Of a stretch of 64,000 nucleotides of DNA, positions 12,296-25,173 are shown in pieces. This DNA comes from Octopus sinensis (lineage: Eukaryota): contig NC_043001.1 in NCBI RefSeq assembly GCF_006345805.1, positions 46,996,001-47,060,000 on the forward strand. Direction: 5' to 3'. The position numbers and the translations under genes were made by a program. Every line of letters begins with the position of its first letter. Position 1 is the stretch's first letter. The notes under the pieces were generated by a model that saw nothing but the letters and a program-made list of their open reading frames with translations, was not told where the DNA came from and searched no databases.

Positions 12296-12739
12296 TTATA
12301 TATATATATATATGTATATATACACATATGTATGTATATATGCCTAAATTTATGTATATGTACATTTTGTTCTCTCTCCATTTTTCCCCCTTTCAATCCA
12401 TTCTGTCAAAGAGCATAGGTTTAAAACATCAAAGACTTTTCCATTCTTCTGAATGTTTTATCAATACACCTGCTTGTTGTTCCTTCAATTGTCTTCATCT
12501 TTTGTCTTTTTTTTATGTGTATTTGAACTACACACACATTATGTGGATGGGATTTTCAATTAAGACTACACCTGTATCTGATTCTTCAAGTGCTTCAATT
12601 CTGTGTATGTACAGTTATTTACTAGATTGCTGACATTTAGCAATGGTTTCTACCCATTGTGTTGATGCACCATTTTCTCTCATTAATAAACTGTCAGCAT
12701 TTTGACAACATAGGTATGCTAGTAATAATAATAATAATA

Positions 12740-14413
12740 GAGGGAGAACAGTACTTCTTATGAAAGACAAATACAAGGGCAATATAGTTAGCAATTATAG
12801 ACCAATCACTTCCTTACCATTAGAGTGGAAGCTGTTAACACGAATGCTCTCAGAAAGCATTTATGAGCATTTAAACAGCCAGAAAAATAGAAAGGTTGCA
12901 GGAAGAAGGCTTGAGGAATATATAATCTATTATACAAAACAGTTCAAAGAAGTGAAATGTAGAAAGAAAAGTTTAACAATAGCATGGATTGGATAGATTA
13001 TAAGAAAGCCTATGACATGATTCCACACTCATGGATAAGTGAATGTTTGAATATATTCCGTAATTAAGACAATATAAGAGGGTTAATTAGCTATAGCATG
13101 AAGAAATGGAAAATATGATAGATCTCTATGCTAGTGACATAGCCTCAGGAAAAGTAAAATATCAAATGAATAGTTTTTGAAGGGGACTCATTACCCTTTT
13201 AATATTTGTCTTATGCTTAACCCTACTCAGTTTAGTTTTAAGAAAGGTAAAGGAAGGGTATCAGTTTAGAGATAATAAAGGAAAAATTAACCATTTGCTT
13301 TAACATAAGAGATAGATTCCTTAATACAAACTGTAAGACTCTTAAGCTAAGATATATGCATGGAATTTGGCATAGATAAGCGCGCAATATTAATCATGAA
13401 AAAGGAACAGGTAGTCAGCTATGAAGGCATCTAATTACCAGATGGCTAAATGTTAAAATCACTGAAAGAAGGAGAGAGCTACAAGTATTTAGTAGTATTA
13501 GAATCTGACAGAATACTAACTATAGAAATGAAAATGAAAATCGAGGAGTACATTAGAAGGGTGAGGAGCTAATGAAGTCAAAACTAAATGATTCAAATCA
13601 AGTGAAGGCTTTAAATTCTTGGGCTGTATCATTACTTAAGTATTCAGCAGCTTTTATAAATTGGACAAAATCTGAACTAGTAAATCTAGACAGAAGAACT
13701 AGGAAAGAATTCAATATGAATGGAGGACTTCATCCAAGAGCAGGAGTATCAAGTTTATATTACTTACCTAGAAAGAAAGGTAGTAGACGGTTAATACCAG
13801 TAGAAGACTGTGTGGAGTTAGCTAGAGTAGACATAGCTTCCTATGGAAGTTTTTTAAGAGCTGCTAGAATAACAGTAGGATATAGGGAAACTGAAAAGCC
13901 AAAGGAAGTTAAAAACAGTGAAAAAGAAGCAAGATTATCTGACTGGCAAGAGAAGGCTTTGCATGGTAGATTCTCAAAGATAGTTGCAGCAAATAGTAAT
14001 GTGAGACATGGTTATGGTTGCAGAAAGGAAGGCTGAAAAGGGAGACAGAAAGTTTGTCAGCAGTAATTGACGACTAATTGGATAAAAACCAAGATAAGCA
14101 AAAACCATGTAGATTTCCAAAGGAAAGAATATAAGAAAAACCATGACAACCTAGGGAGAATAACGAGGGTTATGTAGAAAGCTAGGATATGACCATACTG
14201 GTAAATGGTATGAACATGAACCTAGTAAAGTGCCAGAAAGTTAGAAATATAAAATGTTATGGGATTTTAACATTCAGAATGACAGAGTAATAGAAGCTAG
14301 AAGGCCTGATTTAGTAGTAGTAGATAAAGGGAATAGAAAGTATCACATAATTGACTTTACAATCCCAAATGATGAGAAAGTCAATATGAAAGGTATAGAG
14401 AAAATATCAAAGT
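12740..14413 (+). mobile_element. Decayed R4/Dong-clade non-LTR retrotransposon (RT + restriction-like endonuclease)
   Basis: GRTVLLMKD..SNYRPITSLPL; IDYKKAYDMIPHSW; NSWAVSLLKYS; GGLHPRA..LYYLPRKKG; WQEKALHGRF; LWDFNIQNDRVIEARRPDLVVVDK..IIDFTIP. Confidence 0.85.
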
Positions 14414-14414
14414 G

Positions 14415-15212
14415 CCAATCAATGACGTCTATTGAGGTGAATACAATTTCTCCGGATCTTTGTCAACAACAGTCATTTGCGGTTTCCTATTAATTTTGTC
14501 ACTGTTATTTATGAGAAAAAAGATACCCTGTGGCCATAAACTGAGAGGTCACTTGTAAACAGAGCTGGCTAAAAAAAAAACCACTCCCACTTTAGTGTCC
14601 ACCCATAATTATGACCCTAGTATCAATCTATTGCATTTCAATCTGTTTTAGGGTTAAGGTTAGGGTTAGAGTTAGGGTTAGAGTTAGGGTTAGAGTTAGG
14701 GTTAGGGTTAGGATAGGGTTACGGTTAGGGGTGGGGAGAAGGGTATCTTTTTTTCTTCAGAAATGTAAATAAACCCAATCTGTTTCTTAAACGAATATAT
14801 AATATCTAATGTGTGTATCTGTCCAATAGAGAGGGAAATTAAAACTGCATATGTTGTGAACTTAGAATATGTGTTTATTAATAAAAGTTTAATAACGATA
14901 ATCTTTTATTCATACGAACGTAACTGATATGAAATGTCATAAATAACAGTGATAAATTTATATGACACCGCAAATGATTGTTGTTGACAAAGATCCGGAG
15001 AAATTGAATTCACCTCAACAGACGTCATTGATTGGTTGAAATTGCCGAAATGCAAGAAATTAAACAACAAATAGCTTACAAACTACAGAATTTTCTCAAG
15101 AAAGCCAAGAGAAAAAGATGTTTTATGTAACACACTACCAGTATACGAAGTTTAAAAGTGTTTAGTTACAAAGAAATTATTTTTAAAATGTGCCGGTCAA
15201 AGTGAAAAGATC
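14415..15212. mobile_element. Foldback/MITE-like element with ~98-bp inverted arms and internal TTAGGG array
   Basis: 14415-14513 is the reverse complement of 14938-15035 (outer 69 bp with 3 mismatches). The right-arm extension has a homolog at ~33880-34050. Confidence 0.75.
14648..14730 (+). repeat. Interstitial telomere-like array, 14 units
   Basis: TTAGGG units with variants TTAGAG, TTAAGG, TTAGGA, TTACGG. Confidence 0.95.
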
Positions 15213-15225
15213 CCAAATTTTTGCC

Positions 15226-15380
15226 ACAAGGGTAGCTTGGAGGAGGTGGGGGATGAGTCGATTACATCGACCTCAGTGTTCAAATGGTATTTATTTTATC
15301 GACTCCGAAGGGATGAAAGGCAAAGTCGACCTCGACAGAATTTGAACTCAGAACTTAAAGACGGACGAAATGCTGCAAGA
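15226..15380 (-). mobile_element. SINE-like family B
   Basis: GATGAAAGGCAAAGTCGACCTCGACAGAATTTGAACTCAGAAC, reverse complement of the 9586 core. Confidence 0.75.
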
Positions 15381-15830
15381 AAATTTTTCAGTTAAAGACC
15401 AACTCGCGCTTATGTGCTAGTGTTGAGTGACTATGGTTGTCGAGCTTGTTATTAGTAGTAATGGTAGTAACAGAACATGATGACGAGTCATTTGTGGTGT
15501 TTTGAGAAAATATGAAATATAGCTAGCTGGACTGTGAAGGGACGTTGATTGTGTAATTTAATTGTTTATCAATTGTGCTCGTATTTGTGGAGTAACCATA
15601 AACGCTGGTCATTACTGTTGCAGTTGGACTGAAGCTTCTCAAAATGTAAGAGAAATAAATCTAAACGAGATTTTAATATGTTTGAGTGTTCAGTAACCGC
15701 TTCTCCGATAGATTATTGAAGTGTGAGTATTCTTTTAGTAATATAATTCACACATATATATTTCTTTATTTTTTCTTTTTATATTTACAGACATAACAAG
15801 TTTAGTAAAGACTAAACTGAATTTCTGTGA

Positions 15831-15852
15831 ATGTTGTATCTTTCCTATTGCT
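15831..15852 (+). CDS. Candidate first coding exon (signal-peptide start) of the Ig-like gene
   Basis: ATG TTG TAT CTT TCC TAT TGC T|GTCAGT is a phase-1 donor. Joined to 23952 it gives MLYLSYCYLISRSNS-FEIIPNG. Preceded by a canonical 68-bp GT-AG intron (15723-15790). Confidence 0.4.
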
Positions 15853-18387
15853 GTCAGTTTTCTATATTTGCAAAACGTTGTTTCAATTATTTTCAAATTT
15901 AGTGTTCCGATTTAATTATGAAAATGAAATTCATTTCCCCCCACAAATTAATAAATAAAACATTTATAGCTTTTAAAGTTTTTAAATGTTCGAGTAATTT
16001 TAGCCAATCGAAAGTCGCAGATATTTTGGTGCCTGTTTCCATAGTAACGAGCGTCTGTTGAAAATTGATGAACATCTATTATGAAAAGGGTTCTGTTTGT
16101 ATTGAATTAATGGTAGTAGGGTGGACGAACACCTATGAAAAAAAAAAAAAAGATAAAGAAAAAAACGGATGCATACAGTAACCAAAAGTTTTAGAATCTG
16201 AAATCTTTTACTGTCTACGTGTTGATAAACAAAATCTACCAACAAACTTTAAGTGGTAAGAAACTTTCAAGAGAACTGAACAGTATGTCGGGAAGAAACC
16301 CCTTTCAGACAAGTGTTTCGTTCCTTAATTTCTTTCACTCTAAGTAGGCCGGGCCGCAACTAGATCGTGTCTCCTGGGTGACCTCCTACTCACTTTTTAG
16401 CTACTTGGGTATCGGATATTTGTGCATTTAAACCGCCGGCGGAGTTTCGGATCAGGACGCTCAAATCTCCCTCAAATCGCACACCTTTTCGAACAAAAAG
16501 AGATATCATTAATTTTCGAAAAGTTTTTTCATAAAAAGATGCTGCCTCCCCACCATTTTCAAAGGCCGTACTGAAAAAAAGAAAAAAAAAGGGAAAAATC
16601 CCCGTTAAAAAGTAGGCGTCTTGATTCGAAACTCCGCCAAGAATTTTACAAATATTTTTCAGACGGTGTAGATTACGATTATATCAGAATTTAAGCTTAC
16701 CTAGACAAGGGTCATTCCTGCCCCAACGAATTTGTGTTCTAACGTCCAGAAAAATGGACATTTTTAATGAATTTATTTTACAAATATGCTTCAGATGGTG
16801 CAGATACTGGTTATATCGGAATTTGTTACAAAAATTTTTTTCCGAGGGGAGGGGAGTTTCTGAAAATTCTCAAAATTCGTCTTTGTTTCCTTCTAACTTT
16901 CAGAAAAATGGGTATTTTTTCATGAAATTTTCTGAAAATACCTTTCAGATGGTGCAGATAACGATTATATCGCAATTGAATATGAAAAAGAAAAAAGAAA
17001 GAAAAGAAATTTGATGTGCTCGCACACATACATAGTGACACAAATCACAATTTTTTTCGAAATTTCAAGTTTCATTTCGTGATATGTGTCAGTATGTATG
17101 TGTGCCAGCACACCAGTTTTATTTTTTTTCAAATGAAATTCTGACGCATATTTATTGAAAATTTCATTAAATTTTCTGGAAGTTATGAGGAAACAAAGTT
17201 AGGAGGTGCATACTTGTATAGGTGTGCTAGAATTTAATGGGAAAAAAGTTGGAAAAAGGGGCAGATATTTCATGTATCACGATTTTGTTTCCTCATGTGT
17301 TTTAATGGCATAGACTACAACTATATTGTAAAAAAAAAAAAAAACTTTCGAGGTCTGTTCAACCATTTGCCTTCTGGAATTTGTGGTATGAATATTTTCT
17401 AATAAAATCCTGGTTAGACAAGTAGACAACATTCTGATGGGTGACACTACCAGGAAGATAAGAACCATGACACAAGTGGTATACCAGGTAGGCCAATATG
17501 CCTTTTGTGGGAAGGAAATCAAAAGCAACAAGCAGATCAGTCTTAGTAGGAGGCAGTGTTAGATGGCAGGATTGAGGAAACAGCTAAAAGATAATCCCAA
17601 CGAAATCAACACAATTTTAAAAAAGATTGAAGGTGACCGAAACCAATTTCTTTCAAACTTTGCAAGCTAAATGGCCTTCATATGAAACCTTTAAATATGA
17701 AATATCTTTTATCTGACTCTAATATTTGCTGAGTTATGACCATTTGAAATTTTCAAAAAAGTGAAATTTTTTTGGTTACTCAATTCTTTAAGAAGTCATA
17801 TCTCAGCTACTATTTGAGCTAGAAAGCTCATTTTTTTTTTCATTTTAAAGCATTTATATCTATAACTTTTGATTAGTTAATTTTTCCTTAAAACAAAAAT
17901 AAAAAAGTTTACCTAAAATTTGTCTTTTCATAGATTAAAAGATATGGTCATTGATTTTTTTTTGGAAATTTTGTCCAAATATTACCCTACTTAGTCCCAA
18001 CTCGCATAAAAAAATTCATACTGGGATCTCAAGGGGAATAAATTTAATTAAAGTGACAAGTAGTGACAAATCATTAAAACTCACTTACTAAGCAAGACAA
18101 TTTGAGCTTCAAGGAGAAAACAAAGTGCTGATAATAAAAATAAACATCTTTATTATTTCAATAATAATGTCTACTTTAATTGTAACTGCTTTTCAGCCCT
18201 GCTATGGTCAATGGTGGCAATGCCACTGCCAACACTAAGAATCAAAAACAAATTGTTGGTATCACCATTGCCTAAGGAGCCACTCCTGATAGCTCAGCAG
18301 ATGAAGTCAACGTCCAAACCTCCCACCCTTGCCTTGCCTTAAATGATTACGTACATGTTAGATGAAATTCTGAAATCTTCGTAATTT

Positions 18388-18684
18388 TTATGAAATTAAT
18401 AATTGTGATGCATTTTTCATTTCTTTTTCTGTCAAAGTATATGTTTTACCTGTATCAGTTCTGGGGTTAAATTTACAAAGGATATCTAAATAACTCATTG
18501 TTAAAACATCTGACTTTCTAGGATACTGAAATGATGATGAGAGTCCTTTAGGTTCTAGAAAGGTGCATTTTACTTGCATAGTTTCTGGGTATGTTTCTAG
18601 AGCACAGGCTAACCACCAGTCACCAATGTTTATTCCACCTGTATTCAAAGCATTCCTACACAAATATGTCCCCCACCCTTTCAC
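18388..18684 (-). mobile_element. Probable DNA-transposon-encoded protein C-terminal fragment (family uncertain)
   Basis: WWLACALE..VKCTFLEPKGLSSSFQYPRKSDVL..DILCKFNPRTDTGKTYTL has protein-like composition. I recall a similar motif in uncharacterised transposase-like proteins; not verified. Confidence 0.4.
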
Positions 18685-18861
18685 CAGTTTTGTTTCGTCA
18701 TAAGTTTCAGAAAATGGATTTTTGACTTATACATTTCAGATGATATCAGTTCCAATTATTTTGGAATTTGCTCTGAAACATTTTTCAAAGGTGGATTATT
18801 CACATGAATAAGTCAGTTTGTGTCCACATAACTTTCAGAAAAATGGCTTTTACGAAATTTT

Positions 18862-20116
18862 CTACAGGTGCAGGTGTGGCTGTGTAATAAGTAGCTTGCT
18901 TACCAACCACATGGTTCTGAATTCAGTCCTACTGTGTGGCACTTTGCACAAGTGTCTTCTACTATAGCCTCAGGCCAACCAAAGGCTTGTGAGTGGATTT
19001 GGTAGATAGAAACTCAAAGAAGCACATCATATATATATATATATATATATATAAATTGTTGTTGTTGGCATCCTTTTTGTCTCGGGAGACAATGGAGTTG
19101 CGCATAAAATAGTCCAGTCCGGCTTTTACATTTCATGTCCTGATACATTTCCTGCTGTGGCTGATGCATATATACATACATATATGTACATTCTTACATA
19201 TATATGTATATACATATGCATATATGGGTACAGGATGTCATAAAGCATAAACAACATGAAATACAAAATACAAAAACATGGAATACAAACTTTTTTTTGC
19301 AAACAACGAAAGAAACAAATGGAAAACAAGACAAGTAACATATAGAATGACCTTTCATCAGTTGTCGGCTGTTTATCTAGTCCACCTTTCGAGCAATTAC
19401 GACAAGATGTGTTTTCAAGAAAACAGTTGCTCCTGCAAAGCAAAATAAAATTTGGGATTTGCGGAGGGTCAAAGCTGGTAACAAAAACAGGACAGTGAAA
19501 ACAAACAGTAAGGGCTGCTAAGCTATAATGAGGTAAGGTGGAGAATGCTGGAGGAACAAGCTTTGACAGGAGAAAAGATAGGAGAAGAGACAGACAAGAA
19601 TGTGTCTGATCTGTCTGGCAGAATGAAAGGAAAGAAACTCAAGTTAGGAAAAGAAAGATGGCTGATGGTCATGTGTGAGCAATGAGAGAGTAAAGGAGGA
19701 AGAGTGAGAAAGGGAGAGGGACAGATAGAGAACAGTGAATGGGAGAAGAAAAGAATTAGAGAAAGGATGAGAGAGAAAAAATGAAAGGAGAAGGGGAGAT
19801 AAATAGAATTAGAGAAAGGAAGCGAGAAGAAACAAAAGGGGAGAGGGAAAGGCAGTACAAGATAGAGTCGCATCGGAATTATTAAGATATATATATATAT
19901 GAGTGTATATGTTTGTGTGTCTGTGTTTGTCCCCGCCACCATCGCTTGACTACTGACTTTGATGTATTTACCTCCCCATAACTTAGTGGTTTGGCAAAAG
20001 AGATGATAGAATAAGTACTCGGCTTACAAAGAGTAAGTTGTGGGGTTGATTTGTTTGACTAAAGGCGGTGCTCCAGCATGGCTGCAGTCAAATGACTGAA
20101 ACAAGTAAAAGAATAA
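18862..20116 (+). mobile_element. SINE family A split by ~870 bp inserted at its microsatellite
   Basis: Head 18862-19030, (TA)n, unrelated sequence, then body 19905-20116. Confidence 0.75.
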
Positions 20117-20379
20117 AGATACCTTTCAGATGTTCTAGATTATGATTATATCATAATTTAATATGCAAGCAAAAAAAATAAAAGAAAGAAAATTGTGGGT
20201 GCACACACATACAACTGACACTTATCACTTATATGTACAAAATGAAACTTAAAATTTTGAAAAAATTGCTATGTGTGTCAGTATGTATTTGTGTGTGCCT
20301 ACCAATTTTTTGTAGGTTTAGTTGGACAAATTACCTCCAGGGTTTATTTTAAGTGTGGTACTTCCTCTATCTTCCCTTT

Positions 20380-20632
20380 TACTACACTACTAAGTTAGGG
20401 GGATATCAACAAACCAACACAAGTTGTTATGTGGCAGGGACAAACACACACACACACACACACACACACAATAAACTCCCACATAGTTTCTGTTTACCAA
20501 ATTCACTAACAAGGATTTGCAAGGCTAGGGCTTTAGTAAGGGACGCTTGACCAACATGTTGCATAGTGGGACTGAACTTGTAACCATGTGGCTACAAAGG
20601 AAACTTCTTAACCATTCAACCATGCCTGTGCC
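20380..20632 (-). mobile_element. Old SINE family A copy
   Basis: Degenerate body + (CA)n + head (AGTGGGACTGAACTTGTAACCATGTGG). Confidence 0.6.
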
Positions 20633-20745
20633 TACATGTATAAGTTACACGACACTTCTCGCTGTTCAGTTCTATATTTAAAAGATGAGGAATTATGTAC
20701 ATTATTTACATTTGACGGATATTTGTCCTCATCTTGTTTGTTGTT

Positions 20746-20791
20746 AACACAATATTTCGCCTGATATACCCTCCAGCCTTCATCAGGTGTC
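20746..20791 (-). ncRNA. Minimal type I hammerhead ribozyme of Penelope-like type
   Basis: Minus strand GACAC-CTGATGA-A-GGCTG-GAGGGTATAT-CAGGC-GAAA-TA-TT-GTGTT. Stem I GACAC/GTGTT; stem II with one mismatch; palindromic AATATT in place of stem III. Confidence 0.7.
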
Positions 20792-21048
20792 TTGGGGAAA
20801 TTAACAACAAACAAGATGAGGACAAATATCCATCAAATGTAAATAATGTACTCCTCACTGTTGTTTACATCAACAATTTGATAATCACCAATATAAGAGA
20901 GAGAAAGAAAAGAAATGTCATTATATTTAAACTGAAATATTTTGGTTCTCACTTCTTGAAAATTGTTTGTTTTCCAGATCATGGAGATCATAGAATTCTG
21001 CTTCTTGGCAATGACTTGTAAGTTATCATTAGGATAATTCTCCCCACC

Positions 21049-21350
<302 letters not shown>

Positions 21351-21744
21351 ATCTAAAGTCAATTCAAATAAATAATGTGTATTATATATTTGTGTGTGAG
21401 GGAATGTATGAGGGGTGCGTGTGTATGTATATGTGTGTATATATGAATGTGGGTATGTATATGTATGTGTGTATGTATGTTTGTGCATACGTGTGTGTAT
21501 TATGTGTGTGTGTGGAGGGTTCTATTTGTACATGTCAGGACATGTCAATGTGTATGTGATGTGGTAGGTGTTTGTATACTATGTGGTGGGGTGGGGTGTT
21601 CATGCTATGTATATTGGTGTGTGTGGGATGGGTAGAAATTGAAGAATAACATGAAAACGAAGAATATAATTATTTTTTAATTTAAAAGATAAAACATAAA
21701 AAATAAAATTAAAGTGTCTTTAAAGGTGTGTGTAGGATGTCCCT

Positions 21745-22730
21745 GGATGGACAGTGTTTAGTCCAAATGGAATTTGCTTTCGGAAAGTAAAAATGTAACA
21801 TTTTTCAAGAAGTAAGGCCATGCTGAAGACAGTGAGGTGTGAAGTGGAATGGCTGACAGAGCAAAAATGATGGGCAACAGAGGTATTTTTATGCAGGCGG
21901 ATGTTTCATAGGTGAACTAGTCGGCTACCTGATGGTCAACATATAAACAATTGCATAGATTGCATCAGATACAGTATATGAGGTTAGATGAAGTGCAGGA
22001 TGAGTTCTGAATGGAGAGGGTATGTTGGTTAGATCCAGTGAGGGAGGGGGTGATGAAATGAAAAGTGTGGCATCAGGGTCTGGAGCAGGGGAAGGAACCA
22101 TGGTGGGTTGGAGTGAGGGGGGGAGAGAACTATGGGCCATTAGGTTACATAGGTTGTGGGTGCATTTGAAGGAGGGTATGAGTGGGTTGGGGAAAATAGG
22201 ATGGGTAGTGGGATCTAGTGGAGATGATGGAAGGCCTGTAAGATCTTCCAACGAAGGGTTAGGGTGGGGGTGGAAAAGAAAAGGAAAAGGGATGTGGTTG
22301 GGAGACTAGTGTGGGGAAGGAGAGATGGTTGTGGAGCAACTGACTTGGCGGGCACAAGTAAGGGCAGCTTGGACAAATGTGGAAAGGTATCCACGATGCA
22401 TAAGCAAGAGAGCCAGGAATTTAGATTGGGTCTTGAAATCCTGGTCACAGCCGCACAGATGTCAAAGACAGAGTAACTGGGAGTAGGGGATGGCCCGTTT
22501 GGTGTGGAAAGGGTGGGAGGAGGAAAGGTTGAGGTAGAGGTGGGAGTCCATGAGTTTGAAGAAGATGAAGGTGAGGGGATCGATAAAGAGAGAGATATCA
22601 AGGAAGTTGACAGAAGTGTTAGAGATGACAAAGCTGAATTCAAGAGCAAGATGGAGGTAGGAGATAAAAGAGATAAAGTTGGAGAGTTGCTCATGGGAGA
22701 GGGAGGTAGAGCTAATGCAGTCATATATAT
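21745..22730 (-). mobile_element. Penelope-like element 3' half (RT C-terminus + GIY-YIG)
   Basis: LDPTTHPIFPNPLIPSFKCTHNLCNLMAHSSL, then SCTSSNLIYCI*CNLCNCLYVD, then SVAHHF..LEKCYIF..PFGLN across frameshifts. Confidence 0.75.
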
Positions 22731-23951
22731 AATGATTGTATAGCTCTGGAGTCAGTTCAGAGAACTGTGAGAAGATATGGGCCTCAATGTAACTGACAAA
22801 TAATTTGGCAAAGTTGGGATATATATAAAAGTTTTTGAAATAGCACTTCTATTATGTTACTATCAATACCATTGAGTCATTTTTCTTTTTTTATTTTTGA
22901 GCTTTTTCATTGTGTGTTCTTTAATTGGTTTAGCTACTATGTTTAAGAGTATACTGGAACACTGCTTGTATGTGTATGAAAAATTAAAAATTGATAAAAC
23001 TCAGTCACTAAAAATCTATAACCTATAGGTGCACATTCAAATACACAGCCCTCTCCCTCCTTTTCTGGTCATCAGCCAATCTTATGTTTTACAATGCCAT
23101 TTTACCTGTCCATTCCTTTATGTTACTCACCCACCATAAAGATGCTCTTCTATCACATGTTGGTCCATACATGGCCATATTCACTAGGACAAAACATATC
23201 TGTTATTCTCATGATTTACTGCTGCAGTGATGTTCACCTCACACTGATTTATATTGTGCTTTTGATGCAACATATCTATGACAGTATTTTCTCTCAGACA
23301 AAATACAAAATCATGCTTTTCAATGGTGCAGATACATTTCACATGATGCACAGATGATGATTTAAATTTAATACTATTTTTATTATGTTTCTTGAGTTTT
23401 TGTAGCTCGGCAAGCTTTCAGCCGTGTATTATTCACTCTTACCCATATATCTTAGCAAGTGACAAATAGATGCATAGCATGGAGGACTATGATGAATAGG
23501 GGTGGACTGAAAACCAAACCCTGGTGAATTCCTAAAATTCATTGCTATACTTGGTGCTAGCTCCCACCTTTCTGAAAGCATCCATTTACATGGTCTATGT
23601 GGATCTCAAAGGCTATTCATCTACTCGTAGCTTCTTCAGTGACCACCAGATTAAAGAACAAAGGATCCTATCCAAGACTTTCTCTAATGTTTAGGAATGC
23701 TAGGTACAACAGCTTACTCCTAACCTACTCCTGAAGATGTTTCACAAAGATGGTATCAATTGTATAGAGGGCAAAAAACCGTGGATGTAGTAAGATTTGA
23801 ACTTAAAACCTTGATTCCAGTGGTTCAGTGTCTCTACATATAATGTATAACTATATCTACAAGTGGCAAATATTTTATTACTTTAACAAAAATTGCATTC
23901 TAGTTTATTAAATGTAAAATCTGAAATCAAAACTGTTTCCTTCTTTTACAG

Positions 23952-23993
23952 ATTTAATAAGCAGAAGTAATAGCTTCGAAATAATTCCAAATG
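23952..23993 (+). CDS. Ig-like gene exon (42 bp, phase 1-1): xLISRSNSFEIIPN-G
   Basis: Acceptor TTCCTTCTTTTACAG, donor G|GTAATC; splices in frame to 31709. Confidence 0.65.
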
Positions 23994-24034
23994 GTAATCT
24001 TTTCAAATCTCTCTTCTATTTTTGTCTCATAGCT

Positions 24035-24123
<89 letters not shown>

Positions 24124-24521
24124 TGAGGGAGAGGGAGATGAAAGAGTAGAAATCAATCTCACCAATATTTCAAATATTTCATTTTCTCTATAGCTGTTTC
24201 TGTTACATGTGAATTATAGCAACTGGAAACAGCTGTAGAAAAATGCAATTTGCGAAATATTGGTAAGACCATTTCTTTTTTATTCTTCCAGTTATTTTGC
24301 TCTAAACATTAGTTTTAGCCAATTTAAAAATTTGAAGGAAAAATCAGATCCAGTTCAGTTAAATATGACTTTTTCCCTATACTATAGCTGCAAAAGTGAA
24401 AAAGATGTATACTAAAACCATTTTCTCTACAAAAGACTCAAAACAATATGCAACTCCTGGTTTTTCTTTGTTCCCATATGTTAATATGAAATTATATATG
24501 CCAAACTCACCTTAAAAATAT

Positions 24522-24683
24522 GTCGGAGTGGCTGTGTAGTAAGAAGCTTGCTTCCCAACCACATGGGTCCGGGTTCAGTTCCACTGCATAGCACCTTGGG
24601 TAAGTGTCTTCTACTACTGCCCTGGGCCAACCAAAGCCTTGTGAATGGATCTGGTAGACAGAAACTGAAAGAAGCCCATCATA

Positions 24684-24746
<63 letters not shown>

Positions 24747-25011
24747 ATACATATATAGGCACAGGAGTGGCTGTGTGGTAAGTAGCTTGCTTATGAACCA
24801 CATGGTTCTGGGTCCAGTCCCACTGCGTGGCACCTTGGGCAAGTGTCTTCTACTATAGTCTCGGGCCAGCCAAAGCCTTGTGATTGGAATTAGTAGATGG
24901 AAACTGAAGGAAACCCGTCGTATATATGTATATCATCATTATCATCATTGTTTAACATCCGTTTTCCATGCTAGCATACCATGCACCAGCCCGCATAGCT
25001 CAGTTGGTAGA

Positions 25012-25081
<70 letters not shown>

Positions 25082-25142
25082 TCATATATATATATATACA
25101 TATATGCATATACATATATGCATATATATATATATACATATA

Positions 25143-25173
<31 letters not shown>

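Noticed and set aside
16035-16048. RFX X-box-like GTTTCCATAGTAAC
   Set aside because: A single short motif with no independent support.
19350-19440. CTGATGA and GAGCAA/TTGCTC-GAAA motifs on the minus strand
   Set aside because: The elements are in the wrong order for a hammerhead; kept only as a possible PLE-end remnant.
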